Source: Iphione sp. A-MEVVRFRX5
Taxonomy: Eukaryota
Assembly (NCBI GenBank): GCA_976226885.1
Contig: OZ320321.1
Location: 73,966,001 to 74,030,000 of the forward strand
Length of the DNA: 64,000 nt
Reading direction: 5' to 3'
Positions 12,432 to 25,315 of this stretch are shown here, piece by piece. A program made the position numbers and the translations under genes. The notes beneath the pieces were generated by a model. The model made no database searches. It had not been told where the DNA came from and worked only from the letters and a program-made list of their open reading frames with translations. Each line of letters starts with the position of its first letter. Positions within the stretch are counted from its first letter, which is position 1.

Positions 12432-12728
12432 TTTGAAATTGAAATTGAAATTGAAAACATGTTTATTCACTGCTCAATGTAATTCTGAGAAATACATCAA
12501 GATATTCCCGTTAATGATGAGAGAAATAGATAGATCTTAAATAAAGAAATAAATAGATCTTAAATTGTACAACTGAATAAATGGGAAAACTTAATAAATG
12601 GAAAGTGCTGTGCACAATGCCGACATTATCTTGGGTTTGATTACAATTTTTACCTTTACTTTCGCTTGAGGAATTTACCTTAAATGTCAATTGCTGATTA
12701 CACACCACAGTCAAGTGCTGACAGGAGA

Positions 12729-13683
12729 TCATTTGAAACTCTTACTAGTTGGTGCCTGTTGATGTCTGTATACAATTTGCTTGAATTCCTGCACAGATAA
12801 GGTGGGTTTACTCGGATAAGGAACCTTGTTCCAGGTGACAGTGCCTTTGTACCAGAAGGATTTTTGATACAGGCTTTTCCTAGCATGTTTCACCTGCATG
12901 TTGTCTAAATTACTGTGTCTGAGGTGTCTAGAATTTACATACATCCTACATTCCGCAATGCACTGGAGTCTGTGTATTAACATAATCAGTTGCTTGTCTC
13001 CTCTGTCACTCACAGTTTCCAGACCAGCTTTTGCACATAAGGTAGTGGCAGACATCCTGGTTTTTGTACACCCTAATAGTACTAGTTTGCTTGCTCGATT
13101 CATTTCAGCTTGAAGATCATCCACTAAGCCTTTACTGGCATTAACCATGAACGGAAGACCATAGTCCAAGCAGGGCAACACAAACGCTTGGAACAGTCTA
13201 AGCCTGTCTTTGAATGGAAGGAACTTTACCAACTTGGATAGTCCTACTGACCTTTTGTCTGATTGCTGTTTTTGTTTTTCTTACCATAGGCCTCCAGGAA
13301 AGCTTATCGTCTACAACATAACCTAGCAACTTGCAATCTGATACCCTCGTTATCAGTTGATTATCGAGGCTTAAGTCTAGAGCAAATTGATTCGTCCTTC
13401 CAAATGTCAGGTACTGCGTTTTCTCTATATTTAGAGTTAACCCGTTTTCCTTCGACCAGTTCTGTACATCTTTGATGGACCCTTGTAGCTTTAGTCACAG
13501 CGTTAAGGCATTAGAGCCTACACATGTTACTGTTAGATCATCTGCGTACAAAACTGCACTGGCTATTGCAAGTGTTTTTGGAAGAGAATTTATGACAATA
13601 GAGAACATCAGGGGACCCATAAGGCTCCCCTGAGGAACCCCTTGGTTTACATTCTGTAGGGAAGAGACGACCTGATTACATTT
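12729..13683 (-). pseudogene. 3' half of element B ORF2 (RT core and C-terminus)
   Basis: KCNQVVSSLQNVNQGVPQGSLMGP, LYADD, FVLPCLDYG and SFWYKGTVTWNKVP. Confidence 0.85.
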
Positions 13684-14299
13684 GTAAGATTGTAAGATTG
13701 TAAGATTCTTTATTTCCTTCTCCAACAATACAATATGGAGCTACCCTCGGAAACATGTGCGATTTTACAAAATAACAGTGCTACATAAGTAAGTGGGAGT
13801 ATGTGCGGTTTACAAAGTGACAGTGCTACATAATTGAGTAAACAATCAAAGAAAAATAGTAGCAGTGAGGAGATGGTTCATCAAAGCTGATCAACGAGTA
13901 CAGGAATAAAGAACGTCTCAGTTGCAAAGAGAATCCACGACATCATTGTGAGTAAACACTTTTGATTGGTGTAAGTTCAGGTTAAATAAAGATATGAAGA
14001 CATTCTCAGACAGACTGAGGACAAGCGTTATCACAGGCTCTGTTTTTAACATAGACATCACAGGTTTTGAGTAGGCACTGGGTCAGAGACCATTTATGTA
14101 AATATGCCCATCACTAACACAGGTCTGAAACATGCTATCACAGGTACAGGTATAGGTGGCAGATATAAGGAAAATTTTTTGGGCTATCACAGAATATCAA
14201 AGGTACAGAAACATGCTGGGTTGGAACCTAGACTGTACAAAATGCAGATTAGATTGCTTACAAAACCAGTGTTGATACAGGTAACGTCCTATCAGTAGT

Positions 14300-17018
14300 T
14301 TGAGCCCAAAACACACTGCCGAGTGTTCCATCTTAACACCCCTCGATAACGCAGTGATCGTTCGAACAGGGCGGAACGGGGCTTGGGAAGAGCACCACGG
14401 CAGTTTGCTCCCAGTCTTGTTTTGGTTCATTCAGCCAAAGTAATAAGACCGAGCTTGACTAGCTTGTTCACACAGATTATTCCCTTCTTCTCCAGAAGGG
14501 CATCCGCTCTGGGGATGTTAAACCTCTCTCCCAATACCCTAGCAGGAAGAAATTGGGTCTTCTGAAAGCAGATACGGGCGCACTTGTTGATGAAGGTCTG
14601 AAGCCGGATCAGTTGGGAAGAGGTCAATGCATATATGGAAATTGCGTGGTAGTTTAGGTGGCTTAAGACTAGAGCTGAGAAGACCAATTTCCTTGCTGCA
14701 ACGGGTAGCAGGTATTTGCTTCTGCCTATGCTGAGAGCGGCAGCCCACATTTTGTGCTTTAAGCTAACTAGGGCTGCATTAGGTTTTAACGATGATTCCA
14801 GTACATACCCAAGGATTTTTACACTCTTTTCATGCTTCAGAATGTCACCATCAAGTTTGAGGTCAAGGTCAAACTCACATGCCCGCCCGAGACAGATGTA
14901 CGAGCATTTGTTTTTACTCAAAATAAAACCAGCATTTGCACACCAGTTCGAGACACGATTGAGGACTGATTCTGCCAATGATCTGAGTCGTAGTAAGTTA
15001 TTACCATAGACTGCAACGGTAAGGTCATCAGCATACAGGATTGGAAAACATGATGTTGGAATTACCGAAATTACATCATTGATGGCGACACAGAAGGCAC
15101 TAGGCCCCATAATGGAGCCTTGCGGTACTCCATGAGTTAGAGGTAGGGCACCTGATTGATTACCACGGCACGCAACCCGCTGGAAGCCGTTGCTTAGGTA
15201 GCTCTTGACAAAGGTCAGAGTGTGAAAACCAATACCTCTGTGGGCAAGATCCAGGAGGAGTTTCGCATGACTAACAACGTCAAAGGCCATTTTAAGGTCA
15301 AACAGGAGGACACAAGAGAAGAGGCCTTCATTACACTTTTCAGACACATTGCACATGAGAGATGAGTACGCTGTTTCAGTCGACCTTCCTCTCCTAAACC
15401 CATGTTGACATGGGAGAGACCATTAGTACCCTCGAGCCATGACATAAGCTTGGATGTAAACCATGATTCAAATATCTTGGACTGTAGCGGGAGGATTGTT
15501 ATAGGTCTGTAGTTATTTAGATCTTCAGGGTCCCCTTTTTTGTAGACGGGAGTCACCACGCCTGTCTTCCAGGAGCGAGGGAAGATGCCTGCGGTGAGTG
15601 AATGGAGGAATATCCATGTTAAGAACACGTGACAGCTGGATAACAGTGGTTTTAGGATGCAGGTAGGGATGCCTTGAATACCTGAGGGTTTGGTCAATTT
15701 CTGTTTGTTTATGATTGGGAGAATTTCTGACGGGGTAGGTGGTGGAAGCTCAAAGGATTCACTAGTGGTATCTGTCGGCAGGGCAGTTGGCAGGGCACAG
15801 TTGAGAGTCAGATCCCGCACCCTTCCCACAAAGTGTTCATTGAACATTGTGGGGAGACACGGAGAACCTGGGCTGGGGTCTGAGGGTAGTTTGGGAGAGG
15901 ACCGGGTTTTTCCCATTACAGTATTCAGGACCCCCCAGGTTGCTTTGGAGTCACCTCGCACTGTAGCTAGCTTGTTATGCCAGAAACTACTCCGCTCCCG
16001 TTTGATTGAAGACCTCACCCGCTTGTTCAAGTATTTGAAAATGTGCTTACTGTCGATGTCCCCCTCTCTTTTCCACTTGCGGAAGAAGTATTTCCTATCG
16101 GCAATCAGGTTCATCAATCCTGGACTGGGTGAGAAACCGTCCCTGTCCCTTTTAATAACAGTAGTTCTAGGAGGGCAAGTTTCATCTAAGTATTGATGAA
16201 CTGTAGTCTCAAAACCATCCCATTTCATCTCAAAGTTACCATTTTGTTCTAGGTGTCCCTCACGAGTCAGTCTGTCAGTAATGTCAAGCAGACTAGCATT
16301 AGACCAGGAGCGGGTTTGAATATAGTCCCGAAACAACTTGCCAGTCCCTTTCTTTACAACTACATATGTGGGGAGATGGTCACTGTGGAACTCATCAATG
16401 GTGTATCCAGCGGAGTGGCAAGGGAAATCAATCCAGATATGATCTAGACAGTTTTTGGTATTGACCATAGTCGGTACAGGCACTATTTGACGGAAACCTA
16501 GACTGCTTAGGTAATTGATTATCGTAGAGCCTGTCCTTGACTGGGAAGAAAAGTGGTAGTTAAAGTCGCCTAAGACCACACGGTCGGTACCCTTATTAGA
16601 AAATAGGCCGGAACAGGCTGCTGTGAGGGCCATAATCGAGTCTTCAACCTTGTCTTCGGGTGGTCTGTACACACCCAGGAGCTCAAGTGGCTTTCTGCCA
16701 CCAGCTTTTATCCTAACACCCAGAAAATTCAGTTTTGGAGCTACCATCCCTATCTATAGGGAGGGTGATAGAACGAAATTTACTGTTCACATAAAGAAGC
16801 AAGCCCCCACCCCGGCACTTTGTATGGCTGTCCCTGTCAACACGCGTGAGGTTATACCCCTCAATTTCTAGGACACAGTCATCAACAGTATTGTTGAGCC
16901 AGGATTCAGTGATGAGACAGATGTCCACACTGTCCCGCTGTAGGATATGTTTTACATCATCAATCCTTTTAACCACACTACAGATGTTGTAGCACATAAT
17001 CTTAAGGCCAGGTGACAT
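14300..17018 (-). pseudogene. ORF2 of element C (APE + RT), frameshifted
   Basis: CYNICS, ITESWL, GGGLLLYV, YRPP, GDFN, SDH, YRPITIL, DLKMAFD, GVPQGS and LYADD in ORFs 16713-17087, 15215-16747 and 14427-15356. Confidence 0.9.
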
Positions 17019-18458
17019 GATGGTATAGTAAAGGCAAGGATACAATACGTAGTAAGTAGTGCAGACAGATCTTGGATACAGAAACAAGACTCAGCAGGGA
17101 CCAGCCCCGCCACCTATCTGGGGTAGAAGATGTCAAGCAATGGACAAACCAAGCACTAATGCCTAAGAAAGTCTATACTGTCAAGTTAGGTGGAACAGGT
17201 GATCGAGCTGCACACTTGGATCCAGGTGCAAGTGACAGCCAGTGTGAGTTCTTCCACAGTCACTACATGAGAGTCAGTGCTGGTGTAGATGGTAGTGATA
17301 TCTACGTCATCGTACCGTAGAGAAGGCGGGAATACAAGTAACTGAGTATGGTTATAGGAATGCAGAGTCAGTATTAGATATACAAGATTTGGCTGTAGGG
17401 GAGGAGGCAACAAGTAATATACACTTATGTCGACCGGTAACCGGGACAAGTACAGAGTGACATATAATATCAATATCAATATCAATCCCAATCCTCGAGT
17501 AGTAAACCTGGGATTACATAGTTAACAATAACACATCCACTATTCAGTAAACATTCCAGACTGTGTCACAGATAATAAATCTAAGTGTTAATCACAAATC
17601 CTTATTGTTAGAAGTAAATACAGTATCAGAATGCAATGTACCAGTAGCCAAATACTCAGGGGATTATAGTATTGATTACTAAACAAAGTACAAGGCAATT
17701 TAAGTCAAGAGAGATTTAATTGGAGAACACGTCCTTCAGACTGAATAAGTATAGTAAGACTTCTTAGTGCATTCTTTGCTGAAACTGTAGACTGGCTTTA
17801 GGTATCGTACACACCTATGGCACCCTAGATACCATGGCTACGAGTTGTTGTATGTAGGCCAGTATAGAACAGTATGTATAATAGACAAGTTTGATATAAT
17901 GCTAATTAGAGAAATAGATCTCAGCTCCAAACTATACGTAGAAGCACAGGCTGGTTCACTCGGATAGCATTCTGGTAGGGGTTATGTTGACTATACGCAC
18001 ACATATATCAATGGGGCAAGGGACATATCTTCACGAGATGATACAATAAACCGGCTAAAATGGAATCAGTAGCTCATCAGATGGGAGATAGGGCAACTAG
18101 ATAGATGAGCAGCATGGTGATACCCAGGGGGTTCAGATACATTCAGATTTGCGATATCACAGTCAGAGTAAACTTGGATCAAGAAGATGTGAAATGATCA
18201 GAAGTATGTGGGTAGATATATCACAGGTTTATCTCAATATCGGAGTGATGCTCAACGATATTCATACACTAGAATGTAGTTCAGCTAGTAGGATGACATA
18301 GCCACCTACTCAGGGATACAAACTGTACATCACCCTGTCACAGTTTTGCCTAAATATCCAGTGACGAAAATAAAACAATAATGAGCCTGCGCTCTCCCGG
18401 TTATGTGCCCATCCTGGTTCAGTAGGTAGGGCCATCTTAACAGTTTAGATCACCCACC

Positions 18459-19198
18459 TCAGTGGTTTATGTGTACCACGGGTCCATTATCATTGATATG
18501 ATAATAGCCATACAGGCTGATGTATTCATGTAAGAAAAGTCTAATGGTGTAGCTCCATTCACAGATTGTTGCATCTTTTGGCCGGAAACCGTCTGCCTTG
18601 AGGTGGTCGAAGTTGTTCACGATGTCGCCCATGCTTGGATGGGTGACAGGAGTGGCCAGGGAACATGGAAAGACACCAATTGAGCTGGAGGAGCCCTCGC
18701 ACCTAATATTGTGAATCACCACTGCAGCGTTGATCCTGAATTGTTCCATGTCGTCCACAATGTCCACAGATCCACACACGCTGCCGGACAGAGGACTACA
18801 TGTGGGCCCCCATCATTGGTCTTCTTGCATAGGTGGTGAATCTTTGCCAGGTAGTAGTCTAGGCGGTCCGCATACATCGCAGGGGATCCTGTCCTGACAC
18901 TCCATTCTCCATCCTTCCTCCCCATCCAGGCATACATGCCAGCAGCAATTAGGACGAGGTGGAAAGAGGAGACGTTCCCATATGATAGCCACTTTGCTAC
19001 CATCCTGTATGAGCATCGCTTGAGTGTTATCAGGTGTATGGTCACCGGAGGGAGTAGATGCAGGCTCGATTCCAGTTCCAGAAAAGCTGGGGCTGATTGA
19101 GTGTCAGCAATTACGAGAATTCTTGTGCAATGACTAGGCAGACCATGGCTCGAATATCTCATCACTCTAGCTATGGGGACGAAAAAGAAAAAACGCAC
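18459..19198 (-). pseudogene. SGNH-like ORF of element C (catalytic motifs degenerate), frameshift near 18780
   Basis: RILVIADTQ (block I position), LIAAGMY (block III), INAAVVIHN and LKADGFRP (block V position). Same position as the SGNH ORF of element A. Confidence 0.6.
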
Positions 19199-19266
19199 AG
19201 GCTCAGTTTTACACTCAATCCATTGTTCATGATATGCAACTTACGAGTTGAGGTTACCTCTCGTAA

Positions 19267-21002
19267 CTATTTGTTTGCAGTTAGTTGAGACCGAACGCCC
19301 ATCAGTACCTCACCCAGCAAGTTTCTACCAGGGCAGTTATCCGTTAGCGCGTCATGCAAAGGGGTGCCCCACTGTTCACCAGTCCCAAGTACATGGTTCT
19401 GATCGATAAAGCAAATATGCCGTGATCCAGTTAAAATTAATGCATCGCGGGCTACAATGTTTTCCTGAAGGTACTTGGCCTATACATTTGCTAGTATTAC
19501 CTTCAAACGTGATTCCCATGTTTGATTTGCTTGCATTTTTTCGGAGGTTCGCTTGGCCTCAGAGATACTTCGACAGTTGTTTACACTTTTTTTGAGTTTC
19601 AAGTCTCGCTCTTCTCGAGACAATAGCGAGATTGCAGCCATTTCCGGCGTGGCATGTTGTTTATCATCAACAGTCACCGGGCCTATATTTTGCGGCGAGA
19701 AGAGTGTGTTGTCAGCATCAAATTTATATACCATGTCTGTTACATGAGTATTAAGGGAATCGTCTGACAGGTAGGTTGGTAGTAAGGCCTGTCAAGTGGC
19801 GAGTATTTTTCTCCATCCACAATCAGGTCCACCCCTCTGACAGTAGCTTTGCTTCCCTGTCCACGTGCTTTCATTGCCAGCCTTTGTTGTTTTTTGTTTA
19901 TGTCAACAGCTGCGGGTGGGAGGTCCTCCTTAACGTAGATGTCCATCGTGTCGCCTGACCTAAGCTTATGCCGGTTTCGAAATATTAGATTGCGTGCCTC
20001 AAGCGAACTAAGGAGTACACCCACAGGGAGATTGACCCCCGATTCACTGTAGACAATGCAGTCAGACACTTCATCTCGTCTGATTCCTGCCATGGAGTAG
20101 AACAGATCTGCAAGGAAGTCTTTTAGGCGGGGCCTGTTTGCTTTGGGAATCCCTTCAATTACGAGACGCCTGCGCCTATCCTTAATCTCCAGGCATGTTA
20201 GATCAAGTCGAACCTCGTTGTAATCCTCTGTCAATGCCTTTAGCTTGACTTCAATGTCCGCAATCTTGCTGTCAAGGGCTGCTGTCAATGTTGCTTTAGG
20301 TTATTTCTGCTTAGTTATGCACTGATCGAGTGACAGTTTTAAGCCTTTGACGTTGTCCTTGATAGAGTCCAACTCACCCATAAGTTTTTGCTCCATGTTG
20401 CTCACAGCGAATCTGATTTCATCCAAGATCTGCTGACTGACTCCTGTTGGGGTAGAGACGATCGGGGAAAGGATAACACGCGGTTCCTGAGTGCCAGAAG
20501 GGATCATCGGTGTAGAGCTCATCAGTTCATCCCCTCGTTTAAACATGGGCTTATTGTGCAGACCATCAGACTGTGGATGATTAGATCGCGGATCCTTAAT
20601 AAGCGGGGGACACTCGGCCGAGACGGTGTCATTGTGGCTGACAGTCGCTCCAGTTTGGAGGTAGGTCCCTATTGTTGTGTTTCCTGTCTCAGCGGTCGAA
20701 TGGGTAATTTCCAAGGAGCTTGTTTTGTAGTATGCATCTTTCGTGCTCATAGGACACATAGACAGCATGTCAGATGGATTATTAGAATGACTTGCAAGTT
20801 CGGCTAGTGTGAGTCTGGTCAGCTTGACCGTTGGATTCAAAGTATGGTCCTTCTGCGAGATCGTCATCTGTCGACCATTGCTTTGATTTTCGGTCAAGGG
20901 CAGATAATCCACGCTGTCTGCAGTCCTGAAAGTATTTCCAGCCCGCGTAGTGGACCTAGTGTTTTGCATTTTGTTATCTTTAGTGACGTCGTGACGGCCC
21001 AT
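19267..21002 (-). pseudogene. ORF1 of element C: coiled coil + RRM/CTD + divergent NADAR
   Basis: 20301-21002 and 19740-20288 are in frame across one stop (EIKDRRRRLVIEGIP). After frameshifts: YKFDADNTLFSPQN...TPEMA...AKYLQEN...LILTG...VLGTG...PGRNLLGEVLMGVRSQL* ending at 19267. Confidence 0.8.
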
Positions 21003-21055
21003 ACCACTGATAATTTGCCATAACCGGGAGAGCTCAGCGAGGTACGTCTACTCGT

Positions 21056-21065
21056 CCGCCATATT
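21056..21065 (-). promoter_or_regulatory. Possible YY1/Pho-type site (AATATGGCGG) ~15 nt inside the 5' end of element C
   Basis: Plus strand CCGCCATATT matches CGCCATNTT. The position is analogous to the YY1 site near the 5' end of human L1. Confidence 0.3.
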
Positions 21066-21080
21066 GTCCAAAGAAAAAAA

Positions 21081-22868
21081 CATACATATTGCTTTCTTCC
21101 TTCTAGGTATGATGACGACCAGTTCAGTGCCTTGGGACCCATACCTGCTTGCTGCAGACAGTTTATAATCAGATTGTGATTGATTACATCAAATGCTTTG
21201 GAATAGTCGAAGAAAATACTCGCTACATATTTGTTGTCATCTATTGCCGAATATACATCTCGCAGGTATACACCCAGGGCTGTGCTGGTTCCTCTTTGAC
21301 GATGGAAACCATGCTTCTCATGACAGTAGAAGTTACTCTCTTCAAGGAAGGAGACCATCTGGTCATGGATGAACGCCTCGACTAATTTCCCCACTAGTGG
21401 GAGTATCGCTATGGGTCTATAGTTCTCTTTTTTGACCCTAGGCCCCTTTTTTATACAAGGGGGTTATTCTTGCTACTTTCCATGAATTTGGGAAGGTACC
21501 CGTTACAATTATCTCATTCACAATGCTAAGGAGTAGCTCTGAAGACACCAGGAGAGCATCCTTGAGAACTCCCATCAAGACCACTTGGCTTTTTTGGTTT
21601 TATTTGCAGCACCTTTTTTACTAATGCCTGATGCGTCACCGGTTTGAGATCCCATTTATGCTCTCCTGATGCAGGTGTTAGGCTAATATAATGACATAGC
21701 CTTTCAGCTTGTGTAACAAACATGTTACAGGGATGTTGGCTGAACCTTTCCCCTTATTTAAAACACATGAATTAATACAGGACCGGTACTCCTTCGCAGT
21801 CGTGCAACTTCTCAGTATTTTTCTGTAGTATTCTTGTTTGGCTTGTTTTGTCAGTTTTTTCACCTTTGATTTGAAGAATTTAGAGATTCTTAGATCATCA
21901 ATATTACCAGTAGACTTATATTTTCGTAAGTAGTAGTCACGATTGCGAATTGCATCTAGTAATTCCGGGGTCAACCAGTCTGACCCAGTCTTTCTAGATT
22001 TTGGCCTCTGTGGACATAGAGCTTTCACCGCTCTCTCAATACCCTCCTGTAGTGCATTCCACTTGTCAGTGCATGAGCAATTGTCATTATTCATATGATA
22101 ATCTAATACTGGTTGTAAATGCTCCTGCAGGGCACATTTGTCATAGTTTCGCCAATCTCTACCTACATAGCGGTGTTTCTTTTTCCGTTCCCTGATTTTC
22201 TTATTTACTATGAATACGGGTTTATGGTCACTCACATTGATGTCCAATGTCCCATTGTCTAAAATATTTGACATATTTGTAAAGATTAGGTCAATAACCA
22301 ATCTGTTTGATTCATGTATTATAGTAGGCTCATCAATATACTGTCTCAACCCAAATTTTGAACACATTTGATCCAGCTTAGATACAGTGGGATTTTTTCT
22401 CGCCCAGTCAATATTCATGTCCCCTCCAATTATAATGTCACATGCACCCTTTCGTTTCATAGCAGCTGTACTAGCTTCTAAGTAATTAATTAAATCAACT
22501 TTGCTACCAGATGGCGATGAGTATACAACACTGACACCTAGTGGTTTACAATGCTCTGAGCATAATAGCAGCCAAGTTGATTCAAGATTTTCAGAGGTAC
22601 AAGAAAATTCTGGATATTCGATAACAGTCACTGATTTTTGGACATAGACTAGTATACCTCCACCATGCTTTTTTATTGATGACACTCTGTCCTGCCGAAA
22701 CAAAAAATAGTTTGAGTGGTTCAATATATCGTCCGTAGTTACAGGTGAAAGCCAGGTTTCCGTGATGCAGCACATATATGGTCTATGATTGTCTAGTAGC
22801 AACTTTACCTCGTCGATTTTCGGTAGTACACTCCTAATATTCCAGAATATTATACCACGCCCCTTCAT
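21081..22868 (-). pseudogene. 5' half of element B ORF2 (APE + start of RT)
   Basis: FWNIRS, ITETWL, GGGILVYV, GDMN, VSDH in 21678-22868. DYSKAFD and YLEGRKQYV in 20894-21394, ending abruptly at the 5' end of element C. Confidence 0.9.
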
Positions 22869-22986
22869 TCTCAGATTGTATTTAGAACGGCCTCGTAATT
22901 GAGATTTATCTGTATAATATTGTAAAGTAATATTGAAAGATCTACATAACCCAATGCATTTACTAACGATATAAAATGATTTAGAC

Positions 22987-23610
22987 TTAGAGAAGCCTCA
23001 CGATGTAGTCGCCCACATTACAGGCCCAATTGTAGGTGATATGATGTTTAACCCTCCTTGCCATGTTCATTTCTTCTGGCCGAAATACTACATCTCCATT
23101 AGTGAACTCATTTACAGGCCATGATGTTTCTGGTGTTATATGCCCCCCTAGTAAGTTCACCTCAGTCACTGCTAAGTTGTAGTGGCAGATCTGCGCATTT
23201 AGCAGTGATTGCTCGGCGTTATTGTTACTCATTAGGCACACCCCATTTACTGGAAGGAAAACAACGGAATGGCCCAATGCATTGAGGTGATTGGAAATTA
23301 TGGATAGGTTTGTGGGTACATTGGGCTCCACGTCATCATCTTCAATGTATCTCAGTGTCCACTGACCATCCTCTTCTTTAGCATAGGAATGTAGTCCCAC
23401 TCGTACTACATTCAGGCTGAATGGACCATTAGGGATTGAGGCTATGTGCGATGCAAGGTCCTCTGTCGACAGTCCTGGGTAAATATGAGATGATAATATC
23501 AACTTGTCACGGTAGGTCTCTTGTAAGTGGTAGGCCAATTCACCCGTTTCATCCGTCAATAAGCGTACCATGTGGTTCATTTCTGCAATCGACCCAGATG
23601 CGTGTGTCAA
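22987..23610 (-). CDS. SGNH-like ORF of element B (open, 207 aa; catalytic motifs degenerate)
   Basis: VRLLTDETG, HIYPGLSTEDL (cf. element A HYYPGARLEDL), VVRVGLH and YNLAVTEVN. It lies between NADAR-ORF1 and ORF2. Confidence 0.65.
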   Translation of the reverse strand: MTHASGSIAEMNHMVRLLTDETGELAYHLQETYRDKLILSSHIYPGLSTEDLASHIASIPNGPFSLNVVRVGLHSYAKEEDGQWTLRYIEDDDVEPNVPTNLSIISNHLNALGHSVVFLPVNGVCLMSNNNAEQSLLNAQICHYNLAVTEVNLLGGHITPETSWPVNEFTNGDVVFRPEEMNMARRVKHHITYNWACNVGDYIVRLL

Positions 23611-23685
23611 TTATATTCACTATTTCACAGATAACTCACTTTTTAGTTTTCACAAATTCAATAAGCAGTTTTACAGATATCTATG

Positions 23686-25231
23686 TTAGTTCTTGTCCAT
23701 ATTCCAGTTTTCCTTGATGTACATTTCCCTGAGGGTCATCAGAGCTCTCCCAACCTTGTTTGCCCCTTGTTGTTCATTGCCTCTGTCACAGCTATCCCAC
23801 AGATTAGCTCCTGATCCAAGGTCTGCGTCCTATGTCGACTCAACTAAGTATAGATATTCGCTCCTTCTGAGATAGTCAAGTAAGCTAGGATTTTGCTGCA
23901 ACTTACTGTATGTGATGTCTCAAATCAGGTCCGCACTGTTCTTTTCCCAGTCCTCAGTCGTTGTGATAAGTTGACGAAGTGCCTTATCCTCGAGGGATTA
24001 TTTTCATTGAGGATTTCACCAGCTATAGAGGTCTCCCCTGCGGTAAGTGCCTTCTGATGTTGGTATGCCTGCTCTGCCGAATTATATTCTGTACCCTTGT
24101 ATACGACTTTACATTTGTACAGATTTGAAACGGTCACATGTTCACCTCTGAACGCCAGTGTGTGCTCATTGTGGTAACTGTTCGCTTCCTCGAGGGATAG
24201 AGCTGGCGGTAAGGCCGATAGTCTGTCGTGACAATAGGATATGCAGTCTACCTGAATGCTAATCCCTTTCACGCTTGCCCTGTGGCCTAGCTCACGGGCG
24301 TGCCGAGCTATTGTTTGTAGGTCTCGGTTAATTGCCTGCAGGTGTCATGGAATATCCTCACTAAGATATACATTCCGATATTTTCGTGAATGTTTCAGTC
24401 GAAATCTCCCTTTGTAAACCTGATTTCTGGACCAAATCACCTTGAAAACAATCAAGACTGTTCTCGATTTCTCTCTGTTGTACTTTCCTCCTCGTCCTCA
24501 TCCACAGCTTCATCTATGTAGCTGCAGATTTCACTCACTCGTTCAACTAGATTCTCATTCGTCCTTTCTGGTAGCCCTTGTATTATTAGGTTGGATTCTC
24601 TTTCCCTTAATTCTTCATTTTGAACATCGTCCTCCCCACTTACAGTTGATTCCTCAGCACCCTCGCTGTACTGGATAATTTTCTCAACCGATCCCTCTAT
24701 CTTGTCCAGTCTCTCATTAATTTTGGTCGAGAAGTATTCGACATTCTTGTCAAAGTTTTTTTCAACTTGTTCCAGTCTGCTACATATCACTTCAAGTCAT
24801 TGAGCCACTGTGCTTTGAAGACTGTCATAAGTTGTTTTTATCCGTCTTACAGTTTCCAGAATTTCATCACTTTTAAAATGGGCAAGTGTATTTAGCATTT
24901 GTGTGTGCTGCTTTCCGATTGATTTCAGTCGGCAGCTAATATCCACTATTCCTTGTTCAATGATTTCCATGCTTGCTTTGGGGATATTTCCTTCCCTGCG
25001 GTCATCGTTCTGCTTATACCGGGGCTCCTCCACGTCGTTCCCGTGGCCCTTGGGCGATAAAGGAGGCGATCGCTCGGTATTTGAAAGTCCATGGCTTGTA
25101 ACGGTTGTATCCTCGATACTTGGATCTTTGTCCCCTGAGTTTTTCTTCTTTTTGTTCTTTTCCTGAGCTTTTTTCGACCTTGTATGGTTCGTCATGCCTG
25201 TTTGCCTTACTCTCAGTTCATATCTTTTCAA
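23686..25231 (-). pseudogene. ORF1 of element B with C-terminal NADAR; RRM partly deleted
   Basis: ELRERESNLIIQGLP in 24452-24790. LAFRGEHVTVSNLY...NSAEQAYQHQKA in 23925-24272. After a frameshift: SKLQQNPSLLDYL...LVEST*DADLGSG...GANKVGRALMTLRE, stop at 23686. Confidence 0.8.
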
Positions 25232-25315
25232 TTCAGTCCACTTTGTTCACTTAATTCACACACTTTTTCTCAGAGCCGTTCACCGCACGTCCGTCCTCAC
25301 CAGATCCTCGTTTAT

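Larger units (their letters stand above)
13684..21080 (-). mobile_element. Element C: apparently full-length (~7.4 kb) three-ORF NADAR/SGNH LINE inserted in the RT of element B
   Basis: 5' UTR ~21080-21003, ORF1 21002-19267, SGNH-like ORF 19198-18459, ORF2 17018 to ~14300. The 3' end is AATAAA + (ATCTTACA)3 at 13714-13683. Confidence 0.85.
12432..25315 (-). mobile_element. Element B: three-ORF NADAR/SGNH LINE, split by element C and inserted in a YR gene
   Basis: ORF1-NADAR 25231-23686, SGNH 23610-22987, ORF2 22868-21081 continuing at 13683-12729. The 3' end is AATAAA + (TTTCAA)4 at 12467-12433. Confidence 0.8.
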
